A DNA stretch of 48,056 bases, filler included, from Sphacelaria rigidula (lineage: Eukaryota), in NCBI GenBank assembly GCA_964200075.2. It is 2 parts of 2 records of this genome, joined end to end, with 100 filler letters (N's around TTAATTAATTAA, not from the genome) between each part and the next. Parts side by side here need not be neighbours in the genome. Positions count along the whole stretch, not along the records: positions 1 to 23,979 come from CAXNAA020000233.1; 1 more part is not named here. One strand, written 5' to 3'. Position numbers and translations under genes: made by a program. The notes beneath the pieces are model-generated. The model was not told the DNA's origin. It ran no database searches and was given only the letters and a program-made list of their open reading frames with translations. This document shows positions 1 to 13,900 of the stretch, piece by piece; positions within the stretch are counted from its first letter, which is position 1, and every line of letters starts with the position of its first letter.

Positions 1-162
1 AAGCGAATCTGAAAAGTAGACTAGGCTCCTCTCTGTGGGGTGATGCAGAGTCTCCGAGACGTGTGTTGGCGGTTTTCTCGGCTTGGCGGTCAAAAGGCGG
101 GTCAAACGTCATTAAAGTGAACAATCCGTGGGCCGAAAATCTGTTTGCCATAACGTCCAGCC
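1..162. mobile_element. Right end of another copy of the 29516-29995 MITE family
   Basis: Colinear with about 29835-29995. Ends CCATAACGTCCAGCC followed by TAA, a Harbinger-type target. Confidence 0.8.
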
Positions 163-1509
163 TAACTTGAAAAACCGCCGTGAGGAAATCCCGGGGAATG
201 AATTTTGGGCGTTCAATCTGGACCAGCTCGTAGTCGCAAACATGATTTCATCTTGATCGCCATGGACAACTGAAAAGCGTGGCATGGCACGATATGTGTT
301 CCAGGCCATGATGGTGGCGCTAAGCGCAAAAAGTTACCGCGATCAATAACGCTCTAAGCATTATCCTGAGGTCGAAATCATGATTCCAAGGGCCAATTTT
401 GACCCGATTTCCATTCCACATGCTTGCTTCAAATCGTAATAACTAGCCTAAGCTCGGGAATCTAACGGGAGGGTATATGTTTGATGAATATTACGGGTCG
501 AGTTATACCTGAAACCGTGATGTTTCGATGATGTGGGGTGCGCAGGGGTCGTCTAGTTTCTGTTCACGATGCGCACGAAAAACCCATAAAGGCTCGTGAC
601 GGTTTCTCTCATCTCTGTTGTAGAAAAGCTTAGATCGCCCTCAAGAATTGCAAATCCGTAGGTATTGACGATCAAAATAGAGAAAACTGTTTTCTTGTCG
701 ATATTTCAATATTTCTTCACTCTCTACAGGCTTCCGGGGATCCTACCATGAAGACCCTCCGGGGAAAGCGGTACAGAGAGCCTAAAAGAAGAGGGAAAAA
801 ATGCTGCGCCCTAGGATAGAACAAGGATCATCATGTACGAAGTTTGGTCGAGAATGTCGAAAATTCCATACAGATTTTCTGGTTTTGACGTGAATTTCAC
901 CCAAAAAGGACGTTTTCATACCAAAACTATGTAGTTGGGAGTTTGCAAGTTTGGAACTCACGTTCTCCCATAGACGCGCAACACTTCACGCCGTTATCAG
1001 AGTTAGACCCTGACAATTGGCACAAATGGACTATGGGTCATGACGCAACTGGCGATGAACGAGGTTTATTTTTTCGTTGCCAAACCTTTGTCGGAGGTCC
1101 AATGGGATCGAAGTTTCCCCGAAGGACTTTGGACTCCCGCAAAACGGTTAAAAGAGTCATTGAGTCAACGAGAAGAAAACAAAGACACGGTCTTCGACAG
1201 TTGCGTCTTGACTCAGCACATTTGTGCAAAATTTCAGTCAGGGTCCAGCTCCTAAAAACGACAAGTTTTGCCGATGAATGTTCCTAGTTGGATAAGCGCG
1301 GACCAGCCGGCATATGGTTTCTGTCGTTTGAATCCAACAACCTCACACGGTTCAAACGAATCATCGCCGGTTCGAATCACCTAGTCCATGATTTTTCAGG
1401 CCTCACTGCTCATAAGTGGGGGGGGGGGAAGTTGACCGCTAGTAAAAAAAGGCTTCACGCGATTCATCACTGTGACCCCCCGACGAGCAAGCGAACAGCG
1501 TAATATAGT

Positions 1510-1780
1510 CAGGACTCTTTGCGGTATACGTCACACGTTCGTCACACGTCACGTCACAACCGTGTGGCGTGACGTGCCGATAAAAGAAATTGTCCCGCGA
1601 CGTGACATATCATTTTTCAAGACGTCACAAATGTGACGTGACGTGACGTCTTTCTTTTTGCGCGTTACATCGACGTATGTCGAGACGGTTTATTGTAACG
1701 TATAACGTATGAGTATGTTATACGTTACACGTTACATTACACGTTTGTGACGTCCGAATGAACGTCACAATCATCACGCG
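1510..1780. repeat. GTGAC/GTCAC/GTTAC pentamer-rich repeat
   Basis: Dense CACGT/TGACG motifs in both orientations. A related block at 3235-3425 shares TTTTCAAGACGTCACA. Confidence 0.6.
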
Positions 1781-3234
1781 CTTAACTTGTACAACAATTA
1801 GCGTAAGATTAGCATACTCATATGATATGATACATGGGTTCAAGAAGAGTCTGCATACGTTATCATCATACGCGCGCTATGTGAGCGCAAGTTCAGCGTC
1901 ACAGCAGCACGCACCGCGACACCATACCCAACCGTAGAACAAGCGGACATCAAAATTCGACTGTACGAGTTGTGAATTTTCGAATTTCAATTTTCCATTT
2001 TTTTTCGTGCTGGATACACAATGCGCCCTGACTGCAGGTGCCTCGTACTGGGAGCATGGTACGCACCGAACAGTTCTGTGATCCTGTACCAGAGGCGAAC
2101 GGTGTCATCGTACATCACTACTACAGTACTGTAGTGGTATGATGGTACATACGCATACATGCACTGACCGCACAGCACTTGTATACTCGAACCTCTACAA
2201 ATAGATGGAGGCGGTACAGTAGAGTACAACACTAGTCTGGATTGTTGATGCGCGTTCTGTGACTGTAGGTACCCTGGGTATCTTCCATTTTCACATCAAC
2301 CCCGCAGTGCGTGCTCAAACCCGCGGTTAGATATGGAACATCGGAACCAAAATACTCTCCGTGTGTACCGGTGTATACGGTTCACCTACAACGCGATCAA
2401 AGCTGTTGCCGTGTATGTGCCTTTATGGACGTACCAAGAATAATGTGTGTATTTTGTGACGGCGTTGATGGTTCAGATGGGTGTTTGTTCACTCGTGATG
2501 TGGGTTAAATTTAGTGATCTTGCTTTTCGTAACTCCTCGACTCTAACATCACGCGGTGAGATTCATGTAAAATACTGTGAATACATGAATATGTAGCATA
2601 GTACGAAATATGAGATACCAGTATGTGAACACAAGTACGTACTCCTCCTTCAAATCATACCTTACTTCAACACCCACTCTCCCTCGTCCTCCTCTGTTCG
2701 GGCGGTTTTGTGTGAGTTGTCCCTCTTTTTGGCACAATGAGCCACCATGTGTTTCTACCTTCATAACGCTCGCCGTGCCAAAGGCAACTGGATTCGTACC
2801 GGATCTGTGTGTACTAAATAGCAGTACAGATCTGCGTGCACGCCCTGCTCGGTGAGACATTGATTATAACAATGCAAAATCGGATCTATGAATTGATGCC
2901 CTACGAAATGCCAACCGACTACCAGGTATCACCAATGTATGATCTGTACATACTTGCGTTTGTATATGTACATCATGACCTGAGCGCATCTTGGTATCTC
3001 ACCATCCGATTATCGTGCATTAAGAATGTATTCATGGATTTCCTTGAAATTGCAACGTGTGAGTCAGGGACGCATGAGCGATACACTAGCTGAAACGCTT
3101 TCTTACAATGTCAGAATAGCAATCAGAACGCGCCTCATGCTCGAACAAGGCAGCCACCGTCAACCCCCAGTACGAAGTTACGCTACATGAAACGTAACAA
3201 TGATGTATGCTGCGTTCATTTGCCCTCACCACGG

Positions 3235-3425
3235 TCGAAATGTAACGTTTCATTTCACGTTACACGTCAGAAACGTGATGAATATTTTTCGTGAGTCACA
3301 CTAAACGTGTCAAAGCACGTTACTGTGACGTGACGTGAGGTGACGCGATGTTTCAAAATCGTGTCGTGACGAATGATTTTCAAGACGTCACACTTGTGAG
3401 TAACGTGTAACGTTAAAAGCCCTGG
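3235..3425. repeat. Second pentamer-rich repeat, ending AAAAGCCCTGG
   Basis: Similarity to 1510-1780. Confidence 0.6.
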
Positions 3426-3469
3426 GATTTTTAACTTCAGCGCTGAAACTTTGCACATGCACTGTATGG

Positions 3470-3975
3470 AATGTGTGCTTTGTCGTCCCATCTCTTTTGG
3501 TCGTCGGCCTACATCTTTTGGTATATGTGGGCGCACCAGCGGGGGTCACACAGAACGAAGGGTAGCACAGCAATTTTTTGTTTGTTGTGTTTTGGGCCAA
3601 CTCGTATGGGAGCGTTTGAAATTTTGATTTGCAACAATTTTGGACGACTTTATTTTTTCTTTGCCGTAGTTGTGTATTTTGTGCCTGTTCACCATGATGA
3701 CAAAGAAAAAAAAAACTCCTCTGACATTGTTGCAAAATAAGAGTTCAAACGCTCCCATAAGAGTTGGCCTTAGTACCCGACCTTCCTTCAGCGGTGCTTG
3801 TCTTTTTATTTTATTTTATCGCGAGAGGGGTCCGGCAGGCTCTTTCCCTCGTCGACCGTGAAGTCGAATTTTGTGTACCCACAACGTATTGGTTCTCCAC
3901 TATTGGGCATGAGAAACAGTCCTAGATCACTCTGAGACTCGAACCCAAGACCAACTGAGCCACTGGGGCGACCGG
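3470..3975 (-). mobile_element. tRNA-derived SINE copy interrupted by a MITE
   Basis: Same diagnostic blocks. The head has a deletion between the A and B boxes, and an insertion occupies 3595-3769. Confidence 0.8.
3595..3769. mobile_element. Small Tourist/PIF-Harbinger-like MITE
   Basis: Terminal inverted repeats GGCCAACTCGTATGGGAGCGTTTGAA / TTCAAACGCTCCCATAAGAGTTGGCC; flanks TTG and TTA (degenerate TTA duplication). Confidence 0.75.
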
Positions 3976-4892
3976 CGTACTACTATGATATATTGCGAAT
4001 ATTTCATGGGAGGGATCTCCTCGCGAGAAATCTAGGGTCCAAAGAGGCGGTATGAGCCACGCGATCCATGGGACGCGAAATTTCTGGCGAAAAAGCAAAT
4101 TCGACACTTATTCGTCAAATATACGCATCTCACAACATACTTGTGCAAAATTCCAGGGTTGACTATAAAAACAGCATTGGCAATCGCTGGAAGTAAATTT
4201 TGGGCTTTGAACCTGGACCAGCCCGTACGAGGCATTTCGGAACAGTCACAGGAACGAGGTTTCCAATCTTTTTCCTGCCGGTTATCGGGGAGTTCCAGGA
4301 TCCTGGGCAGTGAAATGCCATTTTTGGGATCCCGAAATCTAGCGATAAAAAGAAGATAAGAAGACTTTTTTTCAAGCTTAGGAATGCCCCATAGTGAATC
4401 TCCAAAACTAGGCGTGGATATATAGGCTTGTGTGCAACCAGGTGAGCTCAAAAGGCACAATATTTCAACCACTTTGTTTCAGTATTAGAACAATTTAAAT
4501 CGACACGTATGCCGTTCGAACGACCCCAGTCCATCAGTTTCCCGAGTTACGCAACGACCACTCGTACAAATGTTCCTCAGACCATGCCGGGACATACAAT
4601 GATTTCCTTCATATATTGAGGGATTATATACCGGCTCCTGAGGGTTGTCATGCGGGGAACCTCCAGAGGCCGCTCAAGGGCGGAGAAACTTGAAAATATC
4701 TTCAACATTTCATTTCTCCTTTCCGTTAGGGTTCCCGCGCTCATGATGGCTACTACAATATGAAGCATGTGGAGATTGGGTAACAAATGGGATGAGAATT
4801 CAAATTCCCATTCCAAACCAATTTGAAGGCTGTTGATTTGTCGAGGTACATTTCCGTCCTTTTTTCGCCCTCATCGCCGTCACTATGGTCTC

Positions 4893-4928
4893 TCAACAAA
4901 ACCCGGCGATGTCGCCCTCTTCAGCTAC
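4893..4928 (-). CDS. CK1: Possible terminal CK1 exon ([11 protein letters not shown])
   Basis: TAG acceptor with a weak pyrimidine tract; in-frame TGA at 4893-4895. Confidence 0.35.
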   Translation of the reverse strand, partial: VAEEGDIAGFC

Positions 4929-7900
4929 CTATGGTTGTCATTATGACATCACGCATGCGCATCACGGAAGGTATTTGCTAATCGGCGAATCCGGGGTCGA
5001 AAGCGTGAGCCAGCCCACTCAAAAATATTCCTTCAATTCCACCAGTGTTGCGTATAATCCTCAAAAGTACTCACCTCAAACCGGGCTTGTTGGCCTCTGT
5101 CGTAGGCGCGCGCGGCTCCACCTGGTCGCGCCCCAGTCTGCTCCAAAACATTGGAAAGAAAACGGTGGCACGCGAGAACCACACCCGACCGCATATCTCA
5201 GCTGCTTGATGTACAACAGTACGCGCACTTTTTTGGCTCTTTTCTTAATTTCCAGCACAGGTTGACAAAAAATATGAGTCTTTCTGAATCATGCATACTT
5301 TCCTTCACTTGGAAATTGATGCCGATTCAACAGAAGACTGACCTCGGTCATATAGTGAGTGAAAAGCGGTCATATAGGAAGTGAATCGTTTCCGTTCCGA
5401 AATGCCCCTCCAAGAGGCCCAATATGCTTTCTGTATTAGCTTGCCACCGAGACCCTTGATATCCCCAAGTAGGATATCGACGTGAAGCTGAAAGCACACG
5501 CCAGTGATGGAGGCAAAGAATAACACACGCTGGATGAAAAGTTGGCTAAGTGAAATAGAATAATCAAAGCCACTCTTAATCTCACGGAAACGGTGTTAAA
5601 AGTGGCGCCGCTACACCACCATGATACACAGGCCGGGGGGAAGAGGGGCTCACCGTAGCTGCGCGTGGGTCGCCGCCGTATCCCAAACTGCCCACCGCAC
5701 TCCCTCGAAGCGCCCTCCCGCCTCGAGGTGCCACTGTCGGGGACCGCGGTCGATTACCGTTGCGAGAATGTTCCGAAGGGTACACGAAGAACGGAGCAGA
5801 TGTCACATCGTCAGACCAATGGCACGGCGGTGTTTTTATCCAAACACAACTTTCTTTCCACTTTTAGTCGTGGAAAAGCTTGGTATCGCAACCGTCAATC
5901 TGGCTAAACAAGCATTTTTGTCGACCAGATCATCTCGTCACCAACACAAACGACACAATAAAAAGCTAACGCTCAAGCACTTCGTACAGTGGTATGGCTA
6001 AAGCTAGTCGTGGAGTATATTTGTATCGACCGGTCACCCGAAAAATCAAAGATCGACGATACAGTGGAGGCCCCGCCACAGTGCGGTCAGCATCGTTCGT
6101 TACAAATCATGAGCTACACTAGTAGTAACTAATTGCACCACAACAGTACACGGCCAGATGCCAACATAGTACGAGCCGTGCCGTGCTGGTAACCCTGCGC
6201 AGAGTGCTGAGACTCGCAACACTACTTTTTCGCATTCCCGACACCTTTTCTGCGGGACGAGTCCGTGGTTTCAAGGGACCCCGCCCATCTCTTCCCCAAT
6301 ACACACCTCACACGTTGTATCGACTGTCGCTACGTTTTCCTCGCTACTCGAAGTCCGGGCGCTTCTAACGACGGAAAAAAGGGCTTGGCAAGAAAAATTA
6401 AGATGAAAAGCATCCAATGGGAATCGAAGTCACGCTTTTCCCGACCTGCTGTCGTCAAGTGTTGCATTACACCAACGCGGTGCGACGGCAACTGTAATCG
6501 AATAACCACACAGAGAGCGTCCCCGTTAACCTCTTGATTGCCAGGGTAGGTCATCTGCGTCATGCATCGATTTGCAAAGTGAAATTGATGCCGATTCGAA
6601 CGATGGCTTGTGCTCGCGGTCAGACGGTTAACTAAAAAACCGCCCGACGACGTGCAGTGAGAGCACGCAACAGGGCCGGCAAATACAAAGAGCACAACCA
6701 GAGCCTCCAACACCAACTTTCAGGGAGTAGGTGGTCCTGTTTCACGGCCAAGTCCCGACGTAGCGGGCGGACGTCGAGGGGAACACTCCACGAAAAGTGG
6801 GTTCACACGAATCCCTCACTGAAATCGATGGTTCCGTAAAGACACTTGGTTCCCGTTGAACTCTGAGCGTAATCCTATTTCACATCCCACCTCGACGCAA
6901 AGACTGAGAACCCTAAGGGAATGGGGGGAACGGCGGTGGGTGTACTCATAATCATGCATGCCGAAGTCATACGGTTATTGACGTCGTATCCCTACAAAGA
7001 CGGAACGGAGCACGCTGGATTTTCGCCGGACCAGGCTTGCACTCAATCACCAAGTGCGAAGCGTCGTGGAGAGTTTGTTCGGTGAGTCGCATGAGGGGTG
7101 AGCTGCATCCTGCTAAGATTGTTCGGCCTACAATGACCCGAAGCCTACTGGTTATCTTACATTTGGATGACAGCCTACACTGACTTGCTCTGGTATCGCC
7201 AAGTCCAAAGACAGCCACGGCTTATACCCTGCCTCATGGGTGTCTCACTATTCGAAGACCACGTAGTACGACCATCCCCATTGTGCGGAGGTTCTCCTAC
7301 GCCGCACAAAACAATTTATCAGTAGCTCGACTACCATCATAGTTACCGCAAAAAAACGCGAGCGCGCAAAAAGAAATGGGAACCTGGTTGCCTGGCTTAC
7401 GCAGTGAGTGGCGTGTTCTACAGCGTCATCGTCAACCGACGCCAACCCCATCGGGGATCCGCCCCTACAAAGCCGGGACGGAGCACGCCGGGTTCTAGCC
7501 GGACTAGGCTGGGGGGGGGGGGGGGGGGGAGGGGGGGGGGGGGGGGGGGGGGCAGAGGATGCCCCAGGCAGTGAGTTGAAAGAGCCCAATTTCATATCTG
7601 CAAGGCGCCATATCGAACAGAAATGTACGGCGTGAAATGAGCTCTGGGCGAGTACATGGAACTGTTGACTCCCAGCAAGTTCGACTGTCTAGGCCTACAG
7701 TAGAACCGACAATATCCTAGTAATGGAATTTTGGCGACGGGTTCGCGTGAACTCGATCGCATACCGGGCCCCGGGTGAGATACTCTCCCTGTATACAAGC
7801 GCGACAGATCGAATCTGCAATGTTCTGCTCTCGACATTTGGCAGATGCCGTACAAAATATGTGTCGTCCATAATCAGGAAGTTGAGCTGCTGGCCCTGTT

Positions 7901-10900
7901 TATAGTTCTCCTGTAGCGCTGTCCGCCTTGGCCTCGCAACTTTTCCCTGTTCTAAATATAAACCTAGACAACATTCGATGGCATGAACAAATCTCAGAAA
8001 CATGTTCTGGAGTGAGAAACAAACGACGCCGGTGTGTTTGGCAATTTCCTTTTATAGTACGTGTGTCACATGAACATTAACTACCGGTCGCCCCGGTCGC
8101 TCAGTTGGAAACCTCGAAACCTTTTGACGGTTGGGTTGTGGGTTCGAATTTCGGAGCGATCTAGGATTGTGTCTCATGCCCAGCAGTGGAGAGCGACCAT
8201 GTCTTGGGTACACAGAATTCGACTTCACGGTCGACGAGGGAAAAGGACTGCTGAACCCTTCTCGCGATGAAGGGCAAAGGCAAGCACCGCAGAAAGAAGG
8301 TGGAGTACTAAAATATATATATATATACTACTGTGTTGGCCTTCCTACTGTGTCACCCCAGCTGGTGCGCCCACATATACCGAAAGGTATAGACCGGCGT
8401 TCAGAATAGATAGGACGACAACGCATATTCAACACGCGCAACATCAACATCAACACACGAGGCTCTTCAGTATGACCGATGACACGGGAGCATAATCACG
8501 TACTGGTGTAGCACAATGGAATATGACACATCGATACACACACACCTGCTTCCCCCCCGCCCATGACACCACCATCCACCCCGGCAGATCTCCCCGACGC
8601 CACAGGGGCTGCGCCCGCCCCGATCCCAGAGGATTCACGTTGGTCTTCACCCCTAGGCGCGGACACAGGCCGCTCGGAACCCGCCCCCGTTCGGCCGCGT
8701 TCGTTTTGGAGGTTGAGCACGGTCCAGTCGAACATGTTGTCGTACTGGAAGCCTTTCCGGTAGAAAAGCTCTTTGAAGAGGCGCTTGAGGTACGCGTAGT
8801 CTGGACGGTCTTCGAAGCGCAGGGAACGGCAGTACTCGAAGTACGACCGGAACTCCGCTGTTGTGTCAGATGCATGAATTAAATCAATACAATATGGCGC
8901 AAAGTTGGCGTTTGGCTCGTGTGCCGTATGGTAAGTTAACTCCCCAATATCATCATCATCTTACCGGTCGCGTGATACACATCTTGAATCTTCACCTGTG
9001 TCGCTATTTTTACACATGAGACGTGCGTGAAATTTGCACACGTGAACATCATTCCGTCGCGGTTACGATGTGATTGAAACAACGGCCATCATTGACCTCG
9101 AGACAAAAGATGCCATCCATACTGCAGAATGACACCAACATATCGAGTACATAGGTCGGTCGGTGCACATCGTTTGGGTATTTGTAGACAGACCGATCAC
9201 ATCCTCCCACAAACTCTACCTTCACTACGCCAGACCCTCCCCCACGGGTGGTGCGTTTTGGATCATGCCTCTGATTTATTTCACTCTCGCACCCAACCCT
9301 CTTGCATAAAATAGAGGTAGGGCTTACATGGATATCCCTTGCAGAGTTGCTCTGTCGATGTGCTCATCTTGCGGTCCATAATGCGCTCGTACTTCTGCTT
9401 CTTTGTATTGGCCTTCAGCCCCTGCCACGGGAGACTGCCCCTGATGAAGTACATCAGAACGTACCTGCAAAACAAAACGTGTTTTTGCGTCATAGTTTTT
9501 ACGGTTAGGACGAATCATCACGACTAGGAATCACCAAATCCACGATTTCTGCGGCCTGATTGCCCGAGAGGGAGAAAAAAAATGCTCGCTGGTCCAAGGG
9601 GTATCCACGCAACTTATACACCATTCCACGTGTCTGTGCTGCGTGTACCTGGATTGCAACGCTGAAGACAAATCCTAGGGATTGATTCGTAGGAGTCGAA
9701 TCAATGATATTAAACCCAAGTAATTTCCAGACGAATCATCATTTGCCCGACCCTTGATAGTTTTTCTCACTTCAGTTCCCGTAAATGAAAATGCATGAAA
9801 GATGACCATATATCAAGAATACCAACAAATCTCAACCATAGCTGGAATCCAGCAACGCATGCACCGACGCGCCACAACAGCAGGTGGTGCTGGACTCAAC
9901 CTCAAGTTGTACAGGTAAAACAAACGACAGCAGTGAACAAGGGCATGGCTCCAGAAAGTATGCAGCGACATGACCTACCCCAGGGACTCGAGATCATCCC
10001 TCCGGCTCTGCTCGATCCCGATGTGGGTGTTGATCGAGGCATACCGCGCTGTGCCCGTCAGGTTCTTGTTGTCACGGTAGGGGATGTGCTGGTGTGTTCG
10101 CGGGTCCCGATATTTCTTCGCCAATCCTGCGGCACAGTGATCAAAATGATTCGAAATTAAACCTTGGAATTTGATGTTATACATGGATTCGACTTGCCTT
10201 GATCGCGTTGAAAAGGCATCCTCCCCCTGTCCATTATCCACGACAGAAATCAGGCATGGACTCAAGATGGTCGCACGAACCACAGTAGAATACAGACTCG
10301 GAACGTAAAAAAACAATCGCGAGAATATCACTTGTTAACCATCAGACAGCGAGCGTCGCCAAGAAAAGTTTCACAAGCCAACAGTACAGTTGCATCTGGG
10401 GGTTTCCAGGGGGGGCGGATAGGCTATGACTTCATCTGCGGGAGCAGAAAAAGCAGAATTTCGGATTTTTGCGCAAAAAAATGACCGCGAAAAAACAGCA
10501 GGGAAACAGAAATATGTCGCATATTTTCAGCAAAGACAGCAGATTTCAAATAGAAATGAGCATAATTGGGATTGCCTGGCGCAGATTTCCAATAGGACAG
10601 CGCAGACTTGCGATTTCCTCTGGCGAAAAACCTGCAGACAGGCAGACAGACCGTCTCCTTTCAGGGCCCAACACATTACACGTTCATGTTTCATGTTTCA
10701 CGTCAAAAGTTAAGCGGACGTCAAGCGGACGGGGACCACGTGGGGCGCTCCGTTCGAAAGTCAAGTCAACTCAGGGCTCCCCACGCGGTCCTTAACCTCG
10801 TCACCAGCCTAGCTAAACATTCGACGTACAAGAAATAGAGACAGAAGAACAAAAACAAAACGCAGAAGAAACAAAATGAAAAAAAAAAGCAAAAAAGGGC

Positions 10901-13900
10901 GCAGGAAAAAAAAAAACGCAGAAAATGAGCAAAACAAGGGGCAGATGGAGTCGAAGCCTGGGCGCGGAGGTGATTTTCGACAGGGGGGAGAGGGCATATT
11001 CGCAGATGGCCGAAAACCTCACCAAGCCAACCATGTGTATTTGGAAGTTTCACACGGAAAATGATATGCCAGGGAGACGAGACTCGAGAGGAGCGGAAGG
11101 ACCATTCTGACCGATCACGACAATCAAAATGGTCGTTTTGTTTCATTACGGGTGGACTACTTCGCTGTCTAGACACACTTCTGATATCGGTTGGGAGGAT
11201 TTAACCATAGGCAACATGGGCACAAACAACGTGCTTCTTCTCTACTCGTGGTCTACGCCGCCTGCCCGACCCTCTGGTGTTCTCAGCATAGCTTCACACT
11301 GTCTGCAGAGCGTTGTTGTAGAACACTAAGCAGTGAGATCAGCAGTATGCAATGGATTGTGTTCAGTAGAGGGCGATGGCACACTGACCATGTCTTGCCG
11401 TTGTATCCAGCGAAGACATCAAGCACAAATACTGGATGCACACAATACACTGCAGGGTCAGAACCGGTGAGGGGGATGTCCGGAACTGTGTTCTATATGG
11501 ATGCCCAAGATCCACACGGTTCATGGAAGAAGGCGGTTTGTATAGCGAGAAGAGAGCTGTCCTGAACCCTATATGTGGCACAGTCCATCTCAGGTAACCT
11601 GCGGACACGAGAGGGGTCAAAATATTATTTGACGCAACGCCTGTCTCCACGCAACGGGGAAGCCTCACGCTTGTCCTGTACACAACAAGGGATATGAGCA
11701 TCCCCCCTGTTAGCCTAGCTGCGGGTGGTTCGTTGTTGCTGTTCTTTGTGTGCTTGCTGGGGCGGAAACGTGTCGCACGGTACGCATCCAGACTTGAACA
11801 TTGCTATCAAGGTACTGCAGGCAGTGGCGGGAGCTCCCCCAGCGTCCCGCTGCCGAACCTTCGCTACCTGGGTGGCCTATACGCTCAAACAAGGCCGCAC
11901 CTATTACTTCTTTTTGGCCCGTTGGCCCAGTTTGGCAGGCACAAGCTGCGTCACACAGTCACCAGAAGTTAGTGCTGCTGCACTTGTAAATGTACCAACA
12001 TGTACGGCCCGGTAGGGTGGGGGGCAACGAGACATGAATCAGCCTACGCAAAAAGCGATCGATCACGTGGATCAAGACGATACTCACCGAAGTCAATTAT
12101 GTGGATGATGTTCTGGCGCTTCCCGAGGCCAATGAGGAAATTGTCGGGCTTCACGTCTCGGTGAATGAAGCTCTTCGTGTGAACGTACTCCAATCGGCTC
12201 AGCAACTGCGAGAACGTTTTCGAGTTAAACAAATAATGAGGGACATGAGCAAAAAAAAGATGGGGACGGCAATGTGCGTACAGCCAGTCCAATCGATCTC
12301 TGTACTTTCCCGATCGATGCTCAATGCCTGGCGACACCTAAGGAATACCTCCAGCTGTGACAACACAAGCTTGACCAACATACCTGATCTGCAAGCATCA
12401 GCACAGTCTTCAGGTTAAAGCGACGGCTGCAGTAGTTGAACAAGTCCTCCAGTGAGGGCCCCAGCAAGTCGAGAACCATCACGTTGTAGTCCCCTTCCAC
12501 CCCATACCATCGCACCGTCGGGATTCCCACTGGACGCCGAACGGGCAAAAAGACGTCCGAAACGGCGAAGTGCAAGTTGAAAAAAAACGAGAGACATCAA
12601 CACGTTACAAGAAACGCTCCAGTAATTCATATGACTCTACGGGCTCTACATTCGTCTTCCTACAGAGCATACGACGGGAAATGGGAAATTTACATTCGCG
12701 CAAAAAGGTTGAAAGAGATGGTCCGTACACGCTAAAGCGCACGACACTACTACAACAATTCCAAACAAGGTTGGGTCATGCTACGATAGGGGGGAGGGGC
12801 GGAGGTATTTTGGGCCGTTCTCTTCCACGAAAGTCCACTTCATTCGTCGCTCAAAACAGCCAGCGGTTGTTCGAAGGCGCTTGCTCTCAATAAGTAGCGC
12901 TCATACATACTCCTTGACACCGCATTCACCCGAACACAAGTGCACCACAAGCGTTTTAGATCGTTCGATGCACCATTTTTTTTCGTAAAATCACCCCCCC
13001 CCCCCCTTATCGTAGCATGACCCCGCTATGAAAAAGTATGCTAGACGGGGAATAGCAAGCACTGGCTCGACTAGAGTTGCCAGCTGCACGCGATCTTTAG
13101 ATGTGGACAACACGAAGCTTTAAGCTCGATGACAGCAGCAAAATGATCCCATACACGAGCTAGATTGACAGCATGCACAAGAGCACCGGGTGAATCCAGC
13201 GTTTCTCGGGAATCGATCGGTCAACCGATTGCAGCACAGTAATTGGGTGTTCTCCAACGGACCAAGTTGCTGCCGCAAGATAGACGCCCGAGGGAAATGA
13301 GCGGAAACATTCGATTGACAAAGAAAACGCAAAAAAACAAACAAACAGAAGTTAACAGAATAACCGGACAAGCCTCACGACATTTGAGGGACATTCAAGC
13401 AAGAGATTCCGTACCACATAATGAGCAACCCAAGAAAACACGGAACTTGAGTACAACAGGGGCAGGGCGGGTGGTTGCAGGCCAAAAACTCAAAAATGAG
13501 GGGAGGGTCTGACAAGCTGATGAAATGAGACCGTACAACTGGAAACACTCACGTCCACCATGTAAGATGCGGTAGATCTTAGACTCATACAGAAGTTGCG
13601 GATGCTTCGTTTTGGTAGACTCCAGCTTGATGGCCACCTGATATCAACAACCGGTCGGAGGAACAACGCAACTTTGTCAATCAGGAACAGTTTTCAACAT
13701 CACCGAGGTAGGATTACGATTGACCCCACTACAGGATGGTTGTCGATTTCGCATGCGCATCTTGCATGCTTGTATATACTTCAAGGTTGGGACGAATCAT
13801 CACGACTAAGAATCACCAAATCCACGATTTCTTCGGCCTGATTGCCCAAGAGGGAGAAACAAGTTGACGAGTTGAATCAATTGTACTAAAACCAAGTAAT

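Noticed and set aside
1510..1780. CRISPR-like array
   Set aside because: No constant-length direct repeats with unique spacers, and the context is eukaryotic.
7248..7635. Poly-Pro and poly-Gly ORFs
   Set aside because: These are translations of the poly-G tract and the adjacent dispersed repeat.
8523..8882. Plus-strand ORF (likewise 12101-12418 and 9795-10160)
   Set aside because: Antisense shadows of CK1 exons.
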